Below, one piece after another: positions 27,702 to 36,277 of a stretch of DNA of 45,952 bases (positions are counted from its first letter, which is position 1; the number at the start of each line of letters is the position of its first letter). The translations under genes were made by a program, and so were the position numbers. The stretch is from Candidatus Doudnabacteria bacterium (GTDB lineage: Bacteria > Patescibacteriota > Doudnabacteria > UBA920), in NCBI GenBank assembly GCA_016788665.1, contig JAEUSF010000007.1, positions 1 through 45,952 of the forward strand, in the 5' to 3' direction. The notes under the pieces are model-generated. The model was not told the origin of the DNA, did not search any database, and saw only the letters and a program-made list of their open reading frames with translations.

Positions 27702-28955
27702 ATGCCATACAAAGTAAAAGACATAGCACTTGCAAAACAAGGAAAAAGCAAAATAGCTTTGGCGGAAAAAGAAATGCCGGTTTTGCAAAGTATAAAAGCA
27801 GAGTTCGAAAAAACTAAGCCGTTTGAAGGTTTAACTATTTCTGCCTGCTTACACGTAACCAAAGAAACCGCGGTGCTTATGAAGGCCTTAAAAGCCGGTG
27901 GAGCCCGCATTGGTTTATGCGGTTCCAATCCCCTTTCTACTCAGGACGATATTTCTGCGGCACTGGCCGAAGAAGGTATAAATATTTTTGCCTGGCGCGG
28001 AATAAAAGAAGACAAGTATTACTGGTGCGTAGACAAAATTTTGGATATGAAGCCTGAGCTTATAATAGACGACGGCGCGGACTTGATTTCTGTTTTGCAT
28101 AAAGAACGAAAAGCACAGCTTAAAGAAATATGGAGTTGCCAAGAAGAAACAACCACCGGTGTTATACGGCTTAAGGCCATGGAAAAAGATGGCAAATTAA
28201 AGTTGCCGGTTGTGGCTATAAACGACACACCTACTAAGCATATGTTTGACAACTACTATGGCACTGGACAGTCTACAATAGACGGACTGTTGCGTGCTAC
28301 CAACGTATTACTTGCCGGTAAAACTTTGGTGGTTGCCGGGTATGGTTTTTGTGGAAAAGGTATTGCTCTCAGAGCAAAAGGTTTAGGCGCCAAAGTTGTT
28401 GTAACGGAAGTCGATGCTCTCCCCGCTCTTCAGGCTGCCATGGATGGTTTTGAAGTTATGCCCATGACAAAGGCTGCTCGTTTGGGTGATATTTTTATTA
28501 CTGTTACTGGTAACAAAGACGTTATTACCAAAGAGCACTATGCTGTTATGAAAGATGGCGCAATTTTGGGCAACAGCGGACACTTTAATGTAGAAATTAA
28601 CGAACAGCAGTTAAAACAATCTTCAAAAAATATAAAAACCGTTCGAGATAATTTGGCAGAGTACGAACAAAAAGACGGACGCAAAATTTACCTTATTGGT
28701 GAAGGTAGGCTTATGAACCTTGCGGCGGCGGAAGGTCACCCAAGCGCTGTTATGGACTTGTCTTTTGCAGACCAAGCCTTAAGCTGCGAGTGGCTGGCAA
28801 AGAACCACGAAAGTCTAGAACATAAAGTTTATAACGTGCCTACTGAAATAGACGTGAAAGTCGCAAAATTGAAGCTTGCGTCTATGGGGGTTAAAATAGA
28901 TACTCTTACTCCTGCTCAGGCCAAATATTTGGCAAGTTGGCAAGAAGGAACTTAA
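27702..28955 (+). CDS. ahcY: adenosylhomocysteinase
   Basis: ACLHVTKET, SNPLSTQD, EETTTG, KHMFDN, GHFNVEI and EGHP motifs. Confidence 0.97.
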   Translation: MPYKVKDIALAKQGKSKIALAEKEMPVLQSIKAEFEKTKPFEGLTISACLHVTKETAVLMKALKAGGARIGLCGSNPLSTQDDISAALAEEGINIFAWRGIKEDKYYWCVDKILDMKPELIIDDGADLISVLHKERKAQLKEIWSCQEETTTGVIRLKAMEKDGKLKLPVVAINDTPTKHMFDNYYGTGQSTIDGLLRATNVLLAGKTLVVAGYGFCGKGIALRAKGLGAKVVVTEVDALPALQAAMDGFEVMPMTKAARLGDIFITVTGNKDVITKEHYAVMKDGAILGNSGHFNVEINEQQLKQSSKNIKTVRDNLAEYEQKDGRKIYLIGEGRLMNLAAAEGHPSAVMDLSFADQALSCEWLAKNHESLEHKVYNVPTEIDVKVAKLKLASMGVKIDTLTPAQAKYLASWQEGT

Positions 28956-29026
28956 TAGAAAATTCAAATTTCAAATTCCAAATTTCAAAAATAAGAATGA
29001 AGAAGCAGTTCGTTAAGCTTATAAAA

Positions 29027-29056
29027 AAAGAACCACTCCGCTATGGGGTGGTTTTT
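29027..29056. terminator. bidirectional terminator between ahcY and the 29058 orphan
   Basis: AACCACTCC-loop-GGGGTGGTT with A/T tracts. Confidence 0.65.
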
Positions 29057-29057
29057 G

Positions 29058-29480
29058 CTAGGCGGGGCGGGCGTTAAAGCCCTGTCCACATTTGCTGCAC
29101 TTAAAGTAAAAGTCAACGAGCGTGTAGGCGCCGGGGAACTGGCGCCAATTTTGGCAGTTTGGGCAACAGATGTAATCCTCGGGGGTAATCCGGGCGGTGA
29201 CCCTGGTTTTCAACGGCGCTGAAAGCCGGGTTACGGGCGCCTGGTAGTTGTCCCGGTGTACCCGGGCAACAATGTGCCGTTTGGGCCACAACTGTTTGCG
29301 CAGTGTTTCGGCCCGTTTACTGCTCATCCGCCCTAACTCCGGCAGCTGGTTGCAGACCAGCTTGCCTTTTGTTACGGGCCTGAAGGTGAAGCCGCCCTGA
29401 AGGCGGATTTGCTGGAGCATGTTACTGCTCAAGCTGAGTTGCGGTGTCTTTTGGTCCACCGCTCTTCCGTATGCTCGCAT
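29058..29480 (-). CDS. basic orphan protein with C-terminal Zn ribbon
   Basis: AAGGAGG SD; CPNC...CSKC; promoter TTGACT-17-TAAAGT at 29500-29528; GC-rich. Confidence 0.72.
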   Translation of the reverse strand: MRAYGRAVDQKTPQLSLSSNMLQQIRLQGGFTFRPVTKGKLVCNQLPELGRMSSKRAETLRKQLWPKRHIVARVHRDNYQAPVTRLSAPLKTRVTARITPEDYICCPNCQNWRQFPGAYTLVDFYFKCSKCGQGFNARPA

Positions 29481-29538
29481 GGAGCCTCCTTAGCCGTGTA
29501 CTTTACCGTAAGCATTGCAAAAAGTCAACGGTTGCATA

Positions 29539-29567
29539 TTGACCAAAGTATATAAAAATTGTAAAAT
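29539..29567 (+). promoter_or_regulatory. promoter of tRNA-Tyr
   Basis: TTGACC-17 nt-TAAAAT. Confidence 0.6.
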
Positions 29568-29585
29568 ACTTAAGTTGTAAAATAT

Positions 29586-29672
29586 GGGCAGGTAGCGAAG
29601 TGGTCAAACGCGACTGACTGTAAATCAGTTGGCCTTGCGCCTTCATAGGTTCGAATCCTATCCTGCCCACCA
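29586..29672 (+). tRNA. tRNA-Tyr (GTA)
   Basis: GGGCAGG acceptor; ACTGA-CTGTAAA-TCAGT; long variable arm; encoded CCA; terminator at 29674-29710. Confidence 0.96.
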
Positions 29673-29717
29673 TAAAATAACCGGTGCTAACTCGCCGGTT
29701 ATTTTATTTTAGATTTT

Positions 29718-29745
29718 GATGGGAGTCTTCCAGAAGACTCCCATC
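29718..29745. repeat. palindrome family copy 2
   Basis: GATGGGAGTCTTC-CA-GAAGACTCCCATC. Confidence 0.9.
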
Positions 29746-29796
29746 TTTCACATCTTTAAGGTTGGATTATGATTATATAGATGATAAAATATTTAT

Positions 29797-30225
29797 ATGT
29801 CTTATACAAACAAAACACAGCCAACGCAAGTAAGTCCTGAAGAGTACTTAAAAGAAAATTTTAAGGGTAAGGAAAGCACGCAAACCACAGCTTTAAAGTT
29901 AATAGGTTTATATTCAAAAGCTACGGGTTTTCCATGTGTTATGTGGAATAAAATTTTTGGTTTTGGGAAGTATACTTATTTAGACAGCAAAGGTGGGAAA
30001 CATGAGTTTCTAATAACTGGTTTTGCTGTGTCCTCTACTGGGTTCACTCTTTACAACATGCTGGGCTGGAAAACATTTAGCACCGAAATTAAAAACCTGG
30101 GAAAGTTTAAGTTGTCTGGGGGTTCGTGTCTTAAAATAAAAAACTTGGAAGATGTAGACCAAAAGCTCCTTATGAGCATAATAAAAAAGTCTTTCACTGC
30201 TACGCAAAAGAAATATAAAACTTAA
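29797..30225 (+). CDS. DUF1801 (YdhG-like) protein
   Basis: NKTQPT, MWNKIFGFGKYTY and LGKFKLSGGSCLKIK patterns. Confidence 0.8.
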   Translation: MSYTNKTQPTQVSPEEYLKENFKGKESTQTTALKLIGLYSKATGFPCVMWNKIFGFGKYTYLDSKGGKHEFLITGFAVSSTGFTLYNMLGWKTFSTEIKNLGKFKLSGGSCLKIKNLEDVDQKLLMSIIKKSFTATQKKYKT

Positions 30226-30237
30226 AGGTTTTATATT

Positions 30238-33180
30238 CTAGGGTAAAATATTCCATTCAAAATCCCCTGCTAGGGTTTTTAGTTCAAAAGTCTTAAGTCC
30301 TGTAAGTATTTTGTTTATTTTACCATGTTGGTCCCGCCCGGTAAGTTTGGTTTTGTTATTTTCAAAGTGAAGCTCCAGGTTAAAGTCTTTTTTTGACCTC
30401 GCGTGTTGTTCTAAACTTTTTAAGACTCCTTTTTTGTCTAAGTTCCAGGAAGTTTTAAAAACAGTTTTCGTTATGTTGGCAGATTTGTTGTTATACGACA
30501 AAGCTATTATTTCTGCTCGTGAGTTTTGCTTCCTGTTTTTTTCTTTGAAGAGTATCTCGGCTTTGTTGCCCGCTTTGTCAGTTGCAACTATTCTACTGTC
30601 CTGGTCTTGCAGTGTGTCGAGAGTGTTTTGGGTTTTAAATTCTAAGTCTTTTTTGGTTAGATTAAAACCAATAAGAAATTCTGGAGGCGTTTTGTCTATT
30701 GTAAATTTAATTTGTTTTATTGCCTCGTTATTACCCGCTTTGTCAGTAGAAAAAAACTTTAATACGTGTTCTGTTTCTTGTGTGACTTCTAAACTAATTG
30801 AGCTAGTCGAAGCAGACTGCCAGGGGCTGTTGTCTAATTGGTAGTTAATTTTCAAAATGTCCGATGCTGGTGATATGGACGAGATTGTATCAGTTGCCGA
30901 AAGCAAAACCAATATGTTACTCAAATAAAAATTTTCATTTCCTTTTGTTCCCACTATAGTGGAGGTCGAAACAGGTGGTAAAATATCTGTCGCTGTTTCA
31001 GGGCTGAGTACAGACGAAGGGTTAATGGTTTGGTCCGGCATATTGTTTCCGTCCGTATCTAAAGTGAGTTTGGAATCTTCTGTATTGAGTTCTGCCTTTA
31101 AATTCATAGTTACTGGAATGTTTGAAAAAACTTCTGTTGTTTTGGGCGCGTTATTTTCTATGTTAAGACTTGTGAGAGTAAAAGTTCCCTCCCCTGTCCC
31201 TTTAAGTCGTATATTGTAAACCTGGTTTTCGTCTTCGGGTAAAAATATAAACTTTACATGTCCAAAGATGCTTAGTTCGGCATTTGGGATGTTGTTTTCT
31301 ACGCTTCCATCTTCGGCAAAACCTGCTCTGTTGCCCATTTGGTCATATGCTTCTATGTTCACCGGGCTATATACTGAAATTGCTCTTCCGTTAAGTTTGC
31401 AGTCACTTTCGTTTTGGGAAAGAGAGGGTGTTTCAAGTGAGCTGTCGGTTAAAATATTTACCACCTTTTGCCTAATACCGTTTTGAGACGGCATTTTTCC
31501 GTGGTCTGCCTTAAGTGCATAGAATTTATTGTTTTGACTGGTCGGTAAGTTAGTTGCGCTTTCTAAAGGTACTGTTCCGTCGCCCGGCACAAATATTGGA
31601 GCTTTGTAGCTGGTACTGGTTTCGCCCAAAAGGTTTGTGTATTGATATTCTTGAATTTTGCCCAGGGTGGCCTTTTTACAGCCGACTATGTTGTACAGGT
31701 CTATTCCGTAGTTTCTTAGGTCCGCATTGTCGAATTCTGGGGAATGTAGTAATGCGGAGTTTTCAAAAGCGGTTTGGTTGTAGCCCTTTTGGTTTAGTAA
31801 ATTGTCCCAAACTTCGTTGAAATTTAGGTCTTGAGTTGTGGGCGGTTTTAAAAATTTTTCTTGAGTTAAGTTATAAAAGCTTCCTTTAGCGTTATAATAA
31901 GTTTGGCTCGGAGTTAGGTCGTACACCACAGGAAGGTTTAAGGCAATTTTCTTCATTTCTTCGTCACTTAATCCCACAACTCCAAAGTTGTCTCCTTCCA
32001 GTAATACTTTTATTGCCTTAGGCGCGCCGGTGTTGGGCACGCCCAAAAGAACAGCTTTGTTTACCGAATGGCTACTTGGGTTTTCTAATACATATTTTTT
32101 TAAAAGAAGTCCACCGTTGCTGTGGGCAATAATATTTATTTTGTTGCTACCTGTTATGTTTAAAATTTCGGTAATTTTTTCTTGTAGCAAATTAACATTA
32201 GTTTTGTTATTCGATTGGTCTATAATTCCACTAACTCCATATCGCCAGTCATAAGGGAAAGTGAAAAAATTTTGGTTTTCTGTATAACCTTGGTCTGTAA
32301 ATTCAGATATTAATCCGGAGGTGTAGTCGAATAATTCAAGTTCGATCCCGCCAATCGTTGCTGAGATAGTTTTGATTACATTAGTATATCTAGTAGAATT
32401 TGATGTTGGTTTGAGCAGCGAAGTGAAACTTAAAGGATCCATAAAGTTGTCTGAATTGGCTGGTATAGTCATTTTAGGGTTCGCCCATAATAATTCATCA
32501 TTTTCAGCAATTTCTGTTCCTAAAATTCCTGGTATAAAAAGTATGGGAATTTTAGTGTTTTCCAGGTCTTCAATTCTAGTTGCCATTACGTTACTGCTGG
32601 TAAAGTTAGTACTGGGGTCAGCGTACCAGAAAAGTATATTGCTGGGGTTTTGGTCGGTTCCACCCAATTCAAAAAAAGCTTGGCTACCAAAGCCAAAGCC
32701 ACCGCACGAACCATAGTCTTCTTCTATAAATATGTTTTGTATTTTTTCTCCCCCCGCAAAGTTTACTGTGGTACTTGTAGAGGTGTTGTCGAAAGCAAAT
32801 GTAAAGGGTTTGTATTCGTCTGTGGGCAAAGCGGAAAATGGTACTTTGCTTAAGTTGGTAGAAAAGAAGTTTTTGCCCGAAGTTGTAACTCTGGCATAAA
32901 GCAGGCAGTTGCCATAGGTTTCTTTGGTGCTAGGGTTAGTTTTTAAGTAAACGGTTATAGAGGCCAGCTGGCTTCTGCTGCCAAAGTTGTTGCCTGTGTT
33001 GCCCAGGTTGGGACCGGTGCCGTCTAGAACTTGGGTTGCTTGCCTGTACCAGTATTGATCTTGAAAGATTCTGTTTGGCGGAGTGTTATCGAATAGAATC
33101 TTTGCACTACTAGAATTGGGTGCAAGTATAAAAGCACTTAGAGTCAAGAGAAATGAAATTGAATAAAAACACGACTTCAT
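30238..33180 (-). CDS. large secreted lipase/acyltransferase (LCAT/PGAP1-like alpha/beta hydrolase) with beta-rich flanking domains
   Basis: signal peptide; FIPGILGT, FPYDWR, AHSNGG, GDGTVP, DHG; C-terminal Ig-like DKAGN/IDKTPP. Confidence 0.85.
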   Translation of the reverse strand: MKSCFYSISFLLTLSAFILAPNSSSAKILFDNTPPNRIFQDQYWYRQATQVLDGTGPNLGNTGNNFGSRSQLASITVYLKTNPSTKETYGNCLLYARVTTSGKNFFSTNLSKVPFSALPTDEYKPFTFAFDNTSTSTTVNFAGGEKIQNIFIEEDYGSCGGFGFGSQAFFELGGTDQNPSNILFWYADPSTNFTSSNVMATRIEDLENTKIPILFIPGILGTEIAENDELLWANPKMTIPANSDNFMDPLSFTSLLKPTSNSTRYTNVIKTISATIGGIELELFDYTSGLISEFTDQGYTENQNFFTFPYDWRYGVSGIIDQSNNKTNVNLLQEKITEILNITGSNKINIIAHSNGGLLLKKYVLENPSSHSVNKAVLLGVPNTGAPKAIKVLLEGDNFGVVGLSDEEMKKIALNLPVVYDLTPSQTYYNAKGSFYNLTQEKFLKPPTTQDLNFNEVWDNLLNQKGYNQTAFENSALLHSPEFDNADLRNYGIDLYNIVGCKKATLGKIQEYQYTNLLGETSTSYKAPIFVPGDGTVPLESATNLPTSQNNKFYALKADHGKMPSQNGIRQKVVNILTDSSLETPSLSQNESDCKLNGRAISVYSPVNIEAYDQMGNRAGFAEDGSVENNIPNAELSIFGHVKFIFLPEDENQVYNIRLKGTGEGTFTLTSLNIENNAPKTTEVFSNIPVTMNLKAELNTEDSKLTLDTDGNNMPDQTINPSSVLSPETATDILPPVSTSTIVGTKGNENFYLSNILVLLSATDTISSISPASDILKINYQLDNSPWQSASTSSISLEVTQETEHVLKFFSTDKAGNNEAIKQIKFTIDKTPPEFLIGFNLTKKDLEFKTQNTLDTLQDQDSRIVATDKAGNKAEILFKEKNRKQNSRAEIIALSYNNKSANITKTVFKTSWNLDKKGVLKSLEQHARSKKDFNLELHFENNKTKLTGRDQHGKINKILTGLKTFELKTLAGDFEWNILP

Positions 33181-33470
33181 GCTCCAAAGTTTTTAAAAGC
33201 AATAAATAAATATAATATTATTCCCGAATATAAGGAAATTAAAAGTCCGCCAAAAAGAATTAACAAGCTAAAATACTTTGTTTTTTGCGTTGATTTAAAA
33301 TGCTGGGCATATGAAAAATAAGTTGCTGACAGTCCGGACAAAAGCATGGCAATAATTAAAATTAGCTTGCTAGTTTTTGAATAATCAAAACTCTGTAAAG
33401 CCCCATAAATAAATAATGATATTATAAAGCTGGTTATGCTTGTAAGAGTTGTTAATCTATCTTTTTTCAT
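33177..33470 (-). CDS. small 3-TM membrane protein
   Basis: hydrophobic ORF with ATGA overlap with the lipase start. Confidence 0.7.
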   Translation of the reverse strand: MKKDRLTTLTSITSFIISLFIYGALQSFDYSKTSKLILIIAMLLSGLSATYFSYAQHFKSTQKTKYFSLLILFGGLLISLYSGIILYLFIAFKNFGA

Positions 33471-33574
33471 CTATATTATCTTAAATATAAGTTACTTTTA
33501 GCATAACACCAGAAAAGGTTTTGTCAAAAAACTTTTCCACACTAACTAAAACCCGTCACAAAAGGTGACGGGTT

Positions 33575-34501
33575 TTAGTCTTGGAGCGCAATTTGTTCAA
33601 ATTGGTTAAGTATTTCCCCAAACTGTGTATATTTATCTTTTAGTATTTGGTGTCGGGAAATTTCTCGGTACTCTGTAAGCTGTTCCTTTAAAGATGCTAC
33701 CAGAAGTGCAAAAGACTCTTTTTCTTTCTGGCTGATATGGTGTGAGTTGGGTTGCATGGCATGAATGAGCTCTTTTAACTGGCTGTCAGTAATGCCTAAA
33801 AAGAACATCGGTAAATTTGTCATTTTTGCTCTTTGCAGTTGTCCGCGATTAACCATAAGGCCATATTTTGCATAACCGCCTCGACCTTGAAGAATGTGAC
33901 TTTTCACTTGATCCCTTTTTAAATTCCCTTTGGAAACTACTCCTTGCAGGGAAGATGTGTTTTCGTCTTCTACGGCGTCATCTAGTCCGCACACGGCCTC
34001 TCCGGTTTCTTTATTTACTATAATAGTGTCCACTCCAAATTTATTGTCGTCGTACTCGCTTGACCTAACTACCCAAAAATTTTTTCCCAAAATTTTTTGT
34101 AATAGCACTGTTAGTGTAATTTCCGCACGATACCCAACTTTTTCTTTTTTAAGAGTTTCCTGCTTTTTTACAATACTGTCGACTCCTTCTATTCCGTAAG
34201 TTTGCTTGTAATGCTCTTGGACGGCTGTTATGTTTGCACGGCTGTTAAGTATTTGTTTCTCCCTAAGTTCTTTTTGGTCTTGCTCAATGCTCTCTTGGTT
34301 GAATATGCCCCCGGCTTTGTTAGTATAGTTTTGCATGTTTATTCGTCCTTCCGAGTCCAGCAAGTTTCGTACACCGTGCTTAGACGCTTCGGCGTTTATT
34401 TCCTGTGAAAACATGCTTAAAAGCGTTTCTAGTTTTTGTCGACTTTCGCGCTCAGACTCCAGTCGGTTTATTTGTGTTTCAAAATGTAACGGCCTCCCCA
34501 T
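33575..34501 (-). CDS. hypothetical protein (possibly PD-(D/E)xK-like)
   Basis: 308-aa ORF; VVRSSEYDDNKFGVDTIIV motif; terminator at 33548-33576. Confidence 0.7.
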   Translation of the reverse strand: MGRPLHFETQINRLESERESRQKLETLLSMFSQEINAEASKHGVRNLLDSEGRINMQNYTNKAGGIFNQESIEQDQKELREKQILNSRANITAVQEHYKQTYGIEGVDSIVKKQETLKKEKVGYRAEITLTVLLQKILGKNFWVVRSSEYDDNKFGVDTIIVNKETGEAVCGLDDAVEDENTSSLQGVVSKGNLKRDQVKSHILQGRGGYAKYGLMVNRGQLQRAKMTNLPMFFLGITDSQLKELIHAMQPNSHHISQKEKESFALLVASLKEQLTEYREISRHQILKDKYTQFGEILNQFEQIALQD

Positions 34502-34594
34502 AGTGCTTTTGTTTCGTTGACTTTTTACTGTCCCTTAATTGTAAACTGAGGGGTTTTTATTGTAAAGATGTGTATAAAAAAATACCCAGAACTA

Positions 34595-35023
34595 TTAAGT
34601 TCTGGGCGCGGCCTTAAACACAACTGCGTAAAAATGGGGCAGGAGCTTTTGCTCCGAGTGGCAGCTGCCAAAAACCCATTTATTATTGGCGGGGTCAAAG
34701 CGTATGTAGATATAACGTACGCTTTTGTCGTCGCTTCGGTACAAACGGGTTCCTGGAAAGATTACGCATTTCCCTTCCCAGGTTGGTGGGATCAGTGCCG
34801 GGCTTTGCAGTAGTGTCTCGGCGTGGCGTACGCCCGGTAGAGATCGGCGCACTAGTTGCCGAATCTTTATTCTTGCCTTTTTATTTTCCCCCTTTTCTGC
34901 CCCTACCCGGAGCAACAAGATGTCACTCAGGTCGAAGCGACCGATTTTTGCACTGCGGCTGTCATCGGTCACATAACCTTTAAAACCTGTCCAATGTTTA
35001 GGGTTAGACGAAATTACAATCAT
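34595..35023 (-). CDS. basic orphan protein, paralog C
   Basis: AAGGAGG SD before ATG 35023; IPPTWEGKCVIFPGT. Confidence 0.7.
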   Translation of the reverse strand: MIVISSNPKHWTGFKGYVTDDSRSAKIGRFDLSDILLLRVGAEKGENKKARIKIRQLVRRSLPGVRHAETLLQSPALIPPTWEGKCVIFPGTRLYRSDDKSVRYIYIRFDPANNKWVFGSCHSEQKLLPHFYAVVFKAAPRT

Positions 35024-35134
35024 CCATCCCCTCCTTTCGAAAACTCCAACTAAACATTTAACCATAAAAATGAAAATTAAGCAATAGCTATAGGGTAAAT
35101 AAAAAAACCTATTAAAAGCTAAGGCTTTATAGGT

Positions 35135-35509
35135 TTAGGAGAGAGTAATAACTCTGTATTTCCCTGCGGCTGTGTAAGAGCCGTTTACGTAGGCTATTTT
35201 CCACGAGCCTAGGGCCTCGTCAAACAGTACGACGACTGCCTGGAAGCACTTCTTGCCTGGAGCCGAGCTTTTCCGGATGGTCCCGGGAAAGATGATGTAA
35301 AAACCTTTCCACTCGCTGGGCAGTTTTCTCTGCTCGATGGCTTGCTTGGCCTGCTTAAGGCCTAGTTTCTTTTTTAGTCTGCAGGCCACGCCGTGCTTTA
35401 CTCGGGGCTTTTGGGTAGGTGAGCTAACTTCGAGCAGCCCGAGTCGTGAATGCGTTATGTCTACTGGACAACTGGTATCAACCAGCTTCCATTCTCCGGC
35501 GTTTTCCAT
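35135..35509 (-). CDS. basic orphan protein, paralog D
   Basis: AAGGAGG SD before ATG 35509; LPSEWKGFYIIFPGT. Confidence 0.7.
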   Translation of the reverse strand: MENAGEWKLVDTSCPVDITHSRLGLLEVSSPTQKPRVKHGVACRLKKKLGLKQAKQAIEQRKLPSEWKGFYIIFPGTIRKSSAPGKKCFQAVVVLFDEALGSWKIAYVNGSYTAAGKYRVITLS

Positions 35510-35583
35510 ACGCCTCCTTCGTTTTGATAACAATGCATTTTATATTTTTTTCATAATAAAATCAAGGCTCTAGACCTTTTTAA

Positions 35584-35648
35584 AGTAAACTGTTAAGGCA
35601 TTTAAAGTATACAAAAGATGGGAGTCTTCTGGAAGACTCCCATCTTTT
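35584..35648 (+). repeat. 61-bp direct repeat, left copy, containing palindrome copy 3 (35613-35648)
   Basis: 35584-35644 matches 36206-36266 at 55/61 by manual alignment; AAAAGATGGGAGTCTTC-TG-GAAGACTCCCATCTTTT. Confidence 0.88.
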
Positions 35649-35739
35649 AGTATAATTCGTCGTATTTTTAATGAGAACAAAACGCCTTTAGCTTGACGTT
35701 AAAAAGGCTCATGTGAGAATATGGTAAAGAGGAGGTAGT

Positions 35740-36159
35740 ATGATATCTGCAGACTTCATCAGGCAGGCTCGATTTTTTTTCTGGGGCGCGCCTTCGGTTC
35801 AGGTGTTGATAGTCCGCCCAGGAATACCGAGGCGAATTATTAACCGCAAAAGCTTTAAGGTAGATCTGGTGCCTTCGGGTATGTGTTCTCCTTTTTCAAC
35901 GCATTACGACCTGATTTGTGTTGAGGGGCGGTACAGCGCGGAGACAGTAAGGCATTTTGACCAAATGTACTTTTGTGTATTTCGCGTCGTCTTTGTGGCT
36001 TATAATCACGAAGATACAATACAAGTCCTGTCTAGGTCAGATCGGCAGTTCCCAAAGCTGTTTTCGGTTTTTGTGGCAGAACCAGCAGATGTGTTTTTGC
36101 AAAAAACCTGCTTTGAGCTTGGTCGCGCTTTCGCTTTAGAGCACTATAATTTTGACTGA
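35740..36159 (+). CDS. orphan protein flanked by direct repeats
   Basis: GAGGAGGT SD; terminator at 36166-36193. Confidence 0.7.
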   Translation: MISADFIRQARFFFWGAPSVQVLIVRPGIPRRIINRKSFKVDLVPSGMCSPFSTHYDLICVEGRYSAETVRHFDQMYFCVFRVVFVAYNHEDTIQVLSRSDRQFPKLFSVFVAEPADVFLQKTCFELGRAFALEHYNFD

Positions 36160-36205
36160 GTCTTTACCGCCCGTGGAAGCGTGCGGTTTTTTTATACTTT
36201 TTCTT

Positions 36206-36271
36206 AGTTAACTGTTAAGGTATTTAAAATATATAAATGATGGGAGTCTTCTAGAAGACTCCCATCATTTA
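36206..36271 (+). repeat. 61-bp direct repeat, right copy, containing palindrome copy 4 (36234-36271)
   Basis: TAAATGATGGGAGTCTTC-TA-GAAGACTCCCATCATTTA is a perfect 38-bp palindrome. Confidence 0.88.
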
Positions 36272-36277
36272 CTTTTA

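Noticed and set aside
25155-36271. Palindrome copies as a CRISPR array, or as a synthetic twin-BbsI (GTCTTC-NN-GAAGAC) cloning site
   Set aside because: The copies are 0.6-6 kb apart with no regular spacers and no cas genes. Variable centres and natural flanks, with no vector sequence, argue against a synthetic origin.
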